64,000 bases of DNA, from the NCBI GenBank assembly GCA_035326105.1, contig DAOKYO010000001.1, positions 200,405 through 264,404 of the forward strand. Reading direction: 5' to 3'. Below are positions 19,110 through 26,839 of this stretch, piece by piece (position 1 is the first letter of the stretch; every line of letters starts with the position of its first letter). A program made the translations under genes and the position numbers. The notes under the pieces were generated by a model. It made no database searches. It saw only the letters and a list, made by a program, of their open reading frames with translations, and was not told where the DNA came from. This stretch comes from Bacilli bacterium. GTDB taxonomy: Bacteria; Bacillota_I; Bacilli_A; RFN20; CAG-826.

Positions 19110-19716
19110 AGTTCTCTCCAAAAAAAGAAAAATAGTTAAACGAATTGCCAACACCCTTTATGTTGGCATTTTATCTTTTGTTATTTTTATTTTTCTTCTT
19201 ACAACCGTGGTTCCAAACGGATTAATTAAAGTGTTTGGTGTCGGTTATTATCGGGTTACTTCTCCGTCAATGGAACCGACAATCCGTGTAAATGATTATG
19301 TCGTGGTAAAGAAGACCAAGCTTGAAAATCTAACCGAAGGCGAAATAATCGTCTTTGAAACTAATGCTCAATTAACGGGCATCCCGGTTACTGAGCGCGT
19401 GGTTGTCATTCATTACTTCGGATATGTCGATGATAACGGACACATTCTCACCTATAGTGAGGAAAAGAAAAATTACGAAGCTGATAATCCCGATAAATAT
19501 GACACTTGGGGGACCGAATCAACTCCTTATTACGTTACTGAAAAGGATCTAGTTGGTGTATATAGTAAATTAATACCCAGCGCCGATCTTATTGATGAAA
19601 TGAAAATTGTTGTGAGTTCTACTTACTTCTATTTAGCGATTGCCGGCATCGCGGGCGTCAGTGTGGGAATTTACTATCTTACAAAACATCATAGGAAAAA
19701 AGTTAATTCTAAATAA
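19096..19716 (+). CDS. Type I signal peptidase (S26 family) with a C-terminal TM anchor
   Basis: Box B motif TSPSMEPTI carrying the catalytic Ser. N-terminal and C-terminal TM segments. No KR(V/I)IG Lys box is visible (TERVVVIHYFG instead), which suggests an ER/SipW-type Ser-His enzyme. The gene overlaps the ntpD end by 14 nt. Confidence 0.65.
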   Translation: MMETEVLSKKRKIVKRIANTLYVGILSFVIFIFLLTTVVPNGLIKVFGVGYYRVTSPSMEPTIRVNDYVVVKKTKLENLTEGEIIVFETNAQLTGIPVTERVVVIHYFGYVDDNGHILTYSEEKKNYEADNPDKYDTWGTESTPYYVTEKDLVGVYSKLIPSADLIDEMKIVVSSTYFYLAIAGIAGVSVGIYYLTKHHRKKVNSK

Positions 19717-19719
19717 AAA

Positions 19720-19750
19720 TGCTCCGATTGACTCGGAGCATTTCTTTTTG
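19720..19750. terminator. Bidirectional intrinsic terminator after the ntp-sip operon
   Basis: 8-bp perfect stem TGCTCCGA / TCGGAGCA with a 5-nt loop. It is flanked by an A-run upstream and TTTCTTTTTG downstream. Confidence 0.7.
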
Positions 19751-19769
19751 CTCACTGGCAATTTTGACT

Positions 19770-20051
19770 TCAGGCCCGTTTTCTCGGTAATGTGAGGCCA
19801 ATCAAACTCACAAGGAAAACCAGCAAAGGTAATCCGAAAACATTGAGGATTGCCATTAAAAAGATTCCAAGCGATGACAAGATTGTCATGAATTGGCCAG
19901 AGCTGATTGCGGTTTGAACGGCGGCAAAGTCAATGGTAACTCCCATTGCTGATGATAAATCGCCGATAGCAAAACCTGCAAAGACAAGCGCGATTAACGA
20001 AATAACGAAGAAGAGTCCGCAAATGAGTTTTCTAAACATAAAAATCATCAC
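19770..20051 (-). CDS. Hypothetical small membrane protein (93 aa, ~3 TM)
   Basis: The ORF is preceded by GGGGGTG and an extended -10 TGTATAAT. No recognisable family. Confidence 0.4.
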   Translation of the reverse strand: MMIFMFRKLICGLFFVISLIALVFAGFAIGDLSSAMGVTIDFAAVQTAISSGQFMTILSSLGIFLMAILNVFGLPLLVFLVSLIGLTLPRKRA

Positions 20052-20156
20052 CCCCGATTTTTAATGATTTCATTATACAATATGTAAAAAAAAATACTAT
20101 ATTTGTTTTTTTTTGCAGGTTGCATATTTTATATTTAAATATTCATATTTAATTTT

Positions 20157-20993
20157 TTATAAATTGGCAAAAATTCTCATTGCTTTTTCGGCATCTTTTT
20201 CCATTGCTTGCTCCGCAGCCAAAGCCAAATCGTGAAAAAAAGTAATATCTTGTTTTGAGAGAAGGTCCTTAACAGCCATAGTCCCCGCTTTCGACATGTA
20301 ACTATAATAATTGATTTTGCGTAATCCGTATTTAATTCCTGTTCGGTAATCATCGCAAGAAACGCCACTTCCACCATGCATAACCAGCGGTAGTTTTGTC
20401 AACTCGGCAATTGTTTTTACCCGAGCTAAATCAAGAATTGGTTTGGATTTATAAATGCCATGTGCCGTTCCAAAACTTGGCGCCAAAGCATCAATGCCCG
20501 TATCCTTGCAGAAACTAACAGCTAATTCTGGTGAAGTATATACGGGTCCGCTTGCAGCCTGCTCTCCGTTTTCGCGCGAGGCTAAAGTCCCGATTTCGGC
20601 TTCGACTCCTGCCTTATATTTATGCGCCATACTGACGGCTTTAATCGTATTTGCTACATTGTCTTCATAGGAAAGGGCACTGCCGTCATACATCACTCCT
20701 GTAAAGCCGATGGCCAGCGCCCGAGCCATGTAATCGAGATGCTCACAATGATCTAAGTGCACACAAACAGGTACACTTGCTCTTTTGGCTACTTCTACCA
20801 TAACTGGGCCGATTACATCTAAGGGAGATACTCCCTCATGAAGTTCGGCATGGGATATAATGACGGGAACATTTAGTTTTTCCGCCGCCCTTATTACCGC
20901 ATTAATACATTCGAGATTCGGAGTATTGAATGCTCCAACGGCACAGTGTTTTTTTTCTGCTAATTTTAATATATCTATTAAATTAATAATCAT
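20157..20993 (-). CDS. Class II ketose-bisphosphate aldolase (FBA/tagatose-bisphosphate aldolase family)
   Basis: LPLVMHGGSGVS and an HxH metal-binding pattern. GAGGT lies 7 nt before the ATG at 20993. An extended -10 TGTATAAT (21025-21032, minus strand) lies inside the 3' end of the kinase gene. Confidence 0.85.
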   Translation of the reverse strand: MIINLIDILKLAEKKHCAVGAFNTPNLECINAVIRAAEKLNVPVIISHAELHEGVSPLDVIGPVMVEVAKRASVPVCVHLDHCEHLDYMARALAIGFTGVMYDGSALSYEDNVANTIKAVSMAHKYKAGVEAEIGTLASRENGEQAASGPVYTSPELAVSFCKDTGIDALAPSFGTAHGIYKSKPILDLARVKTIAELTKLPLVMHGGSGVSCDDYRTGIKYGLRKINYYSYMSKAGTMAVKDLLSKQDITFFHDLALAAEQAMEKDAEKAMRIFANL

Positions 20994-21003
20994 ATTCTTT
21001 ACC

Positions 21004-22494
21004 TCATACCAGGGGGCGTATTGCATTATACACGCCCTTATATCGTTGGTATATTTTCATATATTTTTTATGCATTTCTTCACGAGGATAAAAAGTATCG
21101 CCTTTTTTGACCAATAAATCAGCGGCCGCAAAAAGATCTTTATAAATTCCAATTGCCACCCCCGTCAACATCGCACTGCCAATGGTTCCGGCATCAATAT
21201 TTTTCTGAACAGTAATCGGTAAATTTAATACATCCGCCTTCATCTGCATCCAAAGTTTAGAACGAGATCCGCCCCCGGTCGCATTTAAGTGAGTAAATTT
21301 AATTCCCGCCGAAACCAGTAATTCGTAGTTCAAATACATTTCGTAGACCACTCCCTCCATACATGCTCGATATATGTCGGCAAGCGTATGACTCGTTGTC
21401 AGTCCGATAATCGCTCCTTTTGAGCCGGTATCCATATACGGAGTCGCCGCCCCAGCAAAATGGGGAAGAACCAATATTCCTGTCGGTTCATCACTTGGCA
21501 ATTGATCTTCTAGAAGTTTATTGACACTGATCTTCTTTATTTCTGCTTCTTGTTTTTCTTCTTTGGCCAACGTATCTATACACCATTGAAGTAGGGCGCC
21601 ACCCGTGTAGGAAAAGGCATAAGCAACATATTTCCCTTTTATCAGATATGGAACAACGGCAAATGATCCCTTACTTAAGTCTTGAATAGCGGGTAAAGAA
21701 TCAAAAATGGGAGTAAGACATTCGACCGTTCCGGCGCCATCTATAGCGATGCCGCTAGTAAATGCTCCTGTTCCGACAACTGCCGCTAGTTGATCATGAC
21801 TGATTGATATAATTTGGCATTGACGATTAAGTCCGGTTACTTCAGCAATCTCAGCCGTTATATTTCCCGCATTTGTACCACTGGCCACGGGACTGCTCAT
21901 CATCGAAATATCAATGCCGGCCACCGAAAATATTTCTTCACTCCAAGTTAAACTTTTTATATTAAAAGCCATTGTTCGGGTAGCTAGAGAATAATCAATC
22001 TGCGCTTTTCGGGTTAAACTAAAAACAACAAAATCTTCAATTAGAAAAACGTGTTTTGTTTGGTTATAAACATCCGGTCGATGCTTTTTTAGCCACATGA
22101 GTTTACTGATTGAATACATTTCATGCGGAAATAAACCGGTTATATTGATTACTTTATCGGTTGTTAGTTTCTCACATAGCTCTTGACACTCTTCCTTTCC
22201 CCTGGGATCGGTATAGAGCATTGATAAAGACAACGGATTCCCTTCTTCATCGGTTAAAACAAATGACTCGCCAAAACTTGTTACTCCGATACCGACAATA
22301 TCGTTATATTTTAGTGATAATTCTTTAATTACTGCATAAACGGCATTCATTATTGCCGATGCATCTACTTCATGTTTACTCACTGCCCGTAGAAAAGAGT
22401 AAGTTCTATATGCTTTATCAACCTGTTCTCCATGTGTGTCAAAAATAGTCAGCTTACAACCGGTCGTACCAATATCCAACCCACCAATCTTCAT
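21004..22494 (-). CDS. FGGY-family carbohydrate kinase
   Basis: N-terminus MKIGGLDIGTTGCK (FGGY_N); 496 aa. The first ATG is 1 nt after the upstream stop. Confidence 0.85.
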   Translation of the reverse strand: MKIGGLDIGTTGCKLTIFDTHGEQVDKAYRTYSFLRAVSKHEVDASAIMNAVYAVIKELSLKYNDIVGIGVTSFGESFVLTDEEGNPLSLSMLYTDPRGKEECQELCEKLTTDKVINITGLFPHEMYSISKLMWLKKHRPDVYNQTKHVFLIEDFVVFSLTRKAQIDYSLATRTMAFNIKSLTWSEEIFSVAGIDISMMSSPVASGTNAGNITAEIAEVTGLNRQCQIISISHDQLAAVVGTGAFTSGIAIDGAGTVECLTPIFDSLPAIQDLSKGSFAVVPYLIKGKYVAYAFSYTGGALLQWCIDTLAKEEKQEAEIKKISVNKLLEDQLPSDEPTGILVLPHFAGAATPYMDTGSKGAIIGLTTSHTLADIYRACMEGVVYEMYLNYELLVSAGIKFTHLNATGGGSRSKLWMQMKADVLNLPITVQKNIDAGTIGSAMLTGVAIGIYKDLFAAADLLVKKGDTFYPREEMHKKYMKIYQRYKGVYNAIRPLV

Positions 22495-22495
22495 A

Positions 22496-23899
22496 TTAAT
22501 CAATATCCACCCAGTCGTAGTGTAAGTATGTTGTAAAGGCTTCTTTTAGTATATTTTTAACATGTCCTTCCCCAATCGCCGTATGATGTTTAAATCCGCC
22601 TTTAGCCAAAGTTATCATTTTATCCTGAAGTTCGGGTATTTCGGCAACACCGGCACACCCGAAATATCCGTTTTCAATCAAATCATTTGTAAATTTTGCT
22701 TCTGAGGCATAAATGATGATCTTTCCGTCAACGGTCTGACAGTTAGAAATTGTAATGGGCATCTCTTTAATTCGTCCCTCATTACACCCCCAACCGGAAC
22801 CCGGGTCTACTTTATCAAACATCTTGTGATTAGTCACCGTTCCTTTACATGTCATTAGTCCTTGGGCAACAGGTCCACAATGAAATAAGATCACTTTATT
22901 TTCTTCATCTCCGTAATTGTTGTTCCAATCTAAAACCGTTGTTGGCCGTTCGGTTGCTAGATTCATAGCCCGCATACAAATTGCCGAACACATATCAATC
23001 TCGCATGAAGCCACGATTCCTCGGTCATTTAATTCCGATAAAATAGCACAGGGACAAATTCTTAGATGGCTTTCCATCTCATTCCAACACCTAACGGCGA
23101 TGGCATCCAAATGATACTCATCAATATACTCATCCAAAACAACCGCCAATTTACCGATATTCAACATATTCTTCGCCGGAACATGTGAGAAATCAGTGTA
23201 GTTTTTAAGGTGTTCAATTTTAAGTAAGACAGCGGAATCATCATCTTTTTTGGCCTCGATTTTATCAAAAACCTCACTCAAATCGAAACTTTCGACATTT
23301 ATTCCATGTTTTTGTAATGCCAGTTCATCAAACCTGACTGTTTTAAAAGCGGTCGTCCGTGCCCCAATACAGCCTAGATTAAATCTCTTCATACCATTAA
23401 CAACCCGACATATCGCCGCAAATTCATTTAAGTTATCTTGAAACTTTGGGCTCAAGGGATGAACTACGTGCGGTTTAAGAACAGTAAAAGGAACTTGATA
23501 CTGAGTAAAAACGTCTGTTACAGAAAACTTGCCGCAATAAGCATCCCGACGATGGGCAAAATCCATTTTCCCGATTTCGTCTGGGTAAGCTTGCATTAAA
23601 ATAGGTACTCCGGCATCTTGCAAAGCCGTAATTGCCCCATTTTCATCGGCAAAAATAGGCATCGAGAAAATCACTCCATCGTATTCACCGGCATGATTTT
23701 TTAACCATTTTGCATAGAGAAGCCCCTCGTTGCGTGTTTCGATACCCCCATAGCGCGTCAAATCGGCGTCCATTATTATATAGTCATAACCGGCCTTTGT
23801 TACTGCCTTGACCATATCTTCACGCGCCCCGTAAATTAGCTCCCCGGGCATAAATCCTCGATTGCAAAAAGCCAAGGCAAAAGTAATTTTTTTATTCAT
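22496..23899 (-). CDS. L-fucose/D-arabinose isomerase-family protein (short ~467-aa form)
   Basis: The size and sequence pattern fit FucI-like C-terminal domain proteins. GGAGG precedes the ATG at 23899. The gene overlaps the upstream gene by 8 nt. Confidence 0.55.
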   Translation of the reverse strand: MNKKITFALAFCNRGFMPGELIYGAREDMVKAVTKAGYDYIIMDADLTRYGGIETRNEGLLYAKWLKNHAGEYDGVIFSMPIFADENGAITALQDAGVPILMQAYPDEIGKMDFAHRRDAYCGKFSVTDVFTQYQVPFTVLKPHVVHPLSPKFQDNLNEFAAICRVVNGMKRFNLGCIGARTTAFKTVRFDELALQKHGINVESFDLSEVFDKIEAKKDDDSAVLLKIEHLKNYTDFSHVPAKNMLNIGKLAVVLDEYIDEYHLDAIAVRCWNEMESHLRICPCAILSELNDRGIVASCEIDMCSAICMRAMNLATERPTTVLDWNNNYGDEENKVILFHCGPVAQGLMTCKGTVTNHKMFDKVDPGSGWGCNEGRIKEMPITISNCQTVDGKIIIYASEAKFTNDLIENGYFGCAGVAEIPELQDKMITLAKGGFKHHTAIGEGHVKNILKEAFTTYLHYDWVDID

Positions 23900-24887
23900 C
23901 TTTCTTTTCCTCCATAAATTCAATTTTGATTCTATTAGTTATTTCGGCAAAAGCTTTTAAAACCGGTAATGTTCCGTTTTTTCGCTCTTCGTGACGGCCC
24001 ATTATGAAACAATTTGTCGGTTCTAAACCCAAAACATAGTCACCACTAGCCATGCTCTTCCACTGCGATAAAATTGGGAGCGTATCCCCACTCCAAGAAA
24101 TCTTCATTCCGATACCAAGGGAGGGATTTTGGATTTTCGCCCAAAATTCATCGGTCATTTTTTGGAAGAAAACCTGCTCTTTCTTGCCATCTACCGGCTT
24201 TTCGAAAGTATTGGCCAACATTAGACCCTCCTGAGCAAAATCAGTCCTGGGGATTGTTTTACGGGCAGAGGGTAAAAACAACCTGGTGTTTTCGCTTAGC
24301 AAAGGATAACCAAAATTACAATGATAGATCATCATAAGTTCTTCATCCCGAGGAGTAAGGTTACTGATTTGATCCTCCACTTCGATGGAAGCTCCCCAAA
24401 TGGACAATCGAATTACACGTTTTACCTGTAGCAAATGCCCAAATAAAGCCGTTTCTTTTATTTCACCTTGAACTATAATCTCTGCATTTCGAATATCTAC
24501 GCTTACGTGCTCGGCCGCTAAACCATGATAACGACCATGAAGAGGATGCCATTCTCCGTTGTCGCGATTTGCCGGCCCAGCTGAACGCAGTCCGCAGGTG
24601 TAAAGTAATCCGCCTGGAAACGTATTAACAAACTCATTTTCATAGGGCAAAATCTTACTTGGGCTGTCATATCCATTTTTACTTAACCAAGACATGTTGA
24701 TTCCTCGGTATCGACACTGACCAAGATCAAGTCCTGTGTCCAAAAGGATATCGACTTCTAATCCGCCCGCTGTTTTGACCTCTATTATTTCACAGCCTTT
24801 AGCCGTTCCTTCGCTTATAACTAAGCGCCGAGCGGTAACAAGTTGTGAAAGATTCCCGATGTAGCCTTCTTTAAGTAAGTCCTGCAC
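23892..24887 (-). CDS. Aldose-1-epimerase-like (mutarotase fold; DUF4432-like) protein
   Basis: GTG start with GAGGTG 5 nt upstream. 331 aa with His/Glu-containing motifs (HPLHGRYHG) reminiscent of the galactose-mutarotase superfamily. The assignment is tentative. Confidence 0.45.
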   Translation of the reverse strand: MQDLLKEGYIGNLSQLVTARRLVISEGTAKGCEIIEVKTAGGLEVDILLDTGLDLGQCRYRGINMSWLSKNGYDSPSKILPYENEFVNTFPGGLLYTCGLRSAGPANRDNGEWHPLHGRYHGLAAEHVSVDIRNAEIIVQGEIKETALFGHLLQVKRVIRLSIWGASIEVEDQISNLTPRDEELMMIYHCNFGYPLLSENTRLFLPSARKTIPRTDFAQEGLMLANTFEKPVDGKKEQVFFQKMTDEFWAKIQNPSLGIGMKISWSGDTLPILSQWKSMASGDYVLGLEPTNCFIMGRHEERKNGTLPVLKAFAEITNRIKIEFMEEKKDE

Positions 24888-25029
24888 GGTCTCACCTCGA
24901 TTTCATTTTGCTGGCTATATTCTATTAAATAAAATTCTCTAAATATATAGAGTTTTGTCTGAAACACTTTGATTTTGTTCGCCAAAATAGTAAAATTTTT
25001 AAGTAGCATCCATGATATGGAGGTAGTAT

Positions 25030-25914
25030 ATGATTTCTGCATTTGATCTGGATAAACTTTACGGATTATTAAAAGATTTTTATGAAATAAGTCATATTCG
25101 AATCACTGTTTTTGACGAAAATATGAATGAACTTGTTTCCTATCCAAATGAAGTAGCCTCTTATTGTAAAATCATTCGTGGCACGCAAAAAGGGTTTGAA
25201 GCTTGCGCCCAATGTGATATAAAGGCCTGCCTTGTGGCCGCTCAAAAGAAAGGTCCTTATATCTATCGATGCCATGCCGGTTTAACTGAGGCGGTTACTC
25301 CACTTTTCGTCGGAGATCTCTTGGTGGGATACTTATTGTTTGGACATGTGTTCTCCTACAATACGTACGATGAAGGATGGTCTTTGATTAAGAACTCCTG
25401 TTCGCGCCTTGCCATCGATGAAAATGAACTGAAAAAAGCGGTATATAAGGCCCCTATTATTGATGAAAATCATATTAATTCAGCCGCTCACATCTTACAT
25501 GCGGTTGCCTCTTATTTAATTATGGAACGCATGGCTACTCTCCAAGAGGATAAATTGGCGGTTAAGCTAGATAATCTATTATCCATGAATTACACGGAGA
25601 AAATCAGCGCTTCAAAACTTTGTCAATCTTTGTCTATTGGAAAGACACAACTCTATGCATTGTCCAATCAATTATACGGACATGGCATCGCCGAGCAAAT
25701 TCGTGAATTAAGAATGAATTTGGCCAAGGATCTTTTGGCTGAGGATGATGGCTTATCGCTTTTTGAGATTGCCTCTCAATGCGGTTATAGCGATTATAAT
25801 TATTTTATAACTGTTTTTACGCGTGAAAACGGGATTTCTCCCCGCGCTTATCAAAAAAAACTTCTTTCCGGGATCAACGATAACGGAATTACCGTTAGCG
25901 TTCCTTTGGATTAG
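25030..25914 (+). CDS. AraC-family transcriptional regulator with an N-terminal PocR-like Cys-containing sensor domain
   Basis: C-terminal HTH_18 YSDYNYFITVFTRENGISPRAYQKK. The N-terminal domain has a CxxC cluster (CAQCDIKAC). GGAGG lies 7 nt before the ATG. It is divergent from the sugar operon. Confidence 0.8.
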   Translation: MISAFDLDKLYGLLKDFYEISHIRITVFDENMNELVSYPNEVASYCKIIRGTQKGFEACAQCDIKACLVAAQKKGPYIYRCHAGLTEAVTPLFVGDLLVGYLLFGHVFSYNTYDEGWSLIKNSCSRLAIDENELKKAVYKAPIIDENHINSAAHILHAVASYLIMERMATLQEDKLAVKLDNLLSMNYTEKISASKLCQSLSIGKTQLYALSNQLYGHGIAEQIRELRMNLAKDLLAEDDGLSLFEIASQCGYSDYNYFITVFTRENGISPRAYQKKLLSGINDNGITVSVPLD

Positions 25915-25937
25915 GCACAATGTGCCGGCGTTTTTTC
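25914..25937 (+). terminator. Intrinsic terminator after the AraC gene
   Basis: GGCACA-A-TGTGCC hairpin followed by GGCG and then TTTTTT. Confidence 0.5.
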
Positions 25938-26105
25938 CATGGTAAATTTTTAAAATATAATCACTCGCATACTCAAAGTTTCGATAACAAATTCTAAAAA
26001 TTGGCGTATAGATGTTATTGTATTTTTTTGTATTTTTATGAATATGTGATAGAATATGCAAGTCTTTGCTATAATATCAATTAAAGAACGGAGTGAAATA
26101 TACTT

Positions 26106-26839
26106 ATGATTGAGTTAAAGAATGTGACCAAGGTCTATGGCAAAAACACCCTTGCCGTCGATGACTTAAGTCTGGACATTAAGGATGGGGAAATCTTTGG
26201 TTTCCTTGGGCCAATGGGGCCGGTAAATCCACAACCATTAAGATGATAACCGGAATTACTGCACCAAGCAAAGGCGAGATATATCTAAATAACAAATCGA
26301 TAAAACTTGATGCACTAGTTGCAAAGCGTGAATTTGGATTTGTTCCTGACAATCCTGATGTCTTGTTACGATTGAAAGGAATTGAGTACTTAAACTTTAT
26401 CGCCTCAATATATGACGTTGATAAATCAGTTCGAGATGAAAAGATTAAGTCCTTATCCGAAAAATTCGGAATGGCGGATGCTCTCGGCAGCCGTATCGAA
26501 GATTATAGCCATGGTATGCGGCAAAAAATAATCGTCATCGGTGTTCTTCTCCACGATCCGAACATTTGGATTCTTGATGAGCCATTAACCGGATTGGACC
26601 CTCAATCGGCTTTCACCTTAAAAGAAATGATGCGGGAACATGCCGACAAAGGAAAAACCGTCTTTTTCTCTACCCACGTTTTAGAAGTGGCTGAGAAAGT
26701 TTGTGATCGTATCGGAATAATTAATAAAGGTAAATTGTTATTTGTTGGCACAATTGAAGAATTAAAAGTCTATCTGCACGCTGATGAAAGTGAGAAATCA
26801 TTGGAAGATCTCTTCCTTGATCTAGTAAAACATGAGTAA
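26106..26839 (+). pseudogene. ABC-2-type transporter ATP-binding protein disrupted by a -1 frameshift inside Walker A
   Basis: The ATG at 26106 (GGAGTG RBS) opens a frame reading MIELKNVTKVYGKNTLAVDDLSLDIKDGEIFGFLGP, which then stops at ~26244. The +1 frame continues (N)GAGKSTTIKMITG and runs to 26839. The canonical CCA AAT GGG is present here as CCAATGGG, so one A is missing at 26213-26214. Confidence 0.7.

Noticed and set aside
21014-21037. GGGCGT-N12-ACGCCC hairpin enclosing the aldolase -10 element, as a terminator or attenuator
   Set aside because: It is not followed by a U-run and lies within the kinase coding sequence. It is possibly a processing or stability element, but there is insufficient evidence to call it.
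25851-25859. A9 homopolymer inside the AraC regulator CDS (and A8 runs at 7598 and 14696) as phase-variation sites
   Set aside because: A8-A9 runs encoding Lys-Lys are frequent by chance in a genome this AT-rich. Without read-level heterogeneity there is no basis to call contingency loci.
26243-26839. Track ORF 26243..26839, and the fragment pair 53907..55439 / 55440..55775, as independent genes
   Set aside because: These are fragments of single ABC ATPase and exporter genes, split by a 1-nt deletion and by an in-frame TAA respectively. The conserved motifs are continuous across the breaks.
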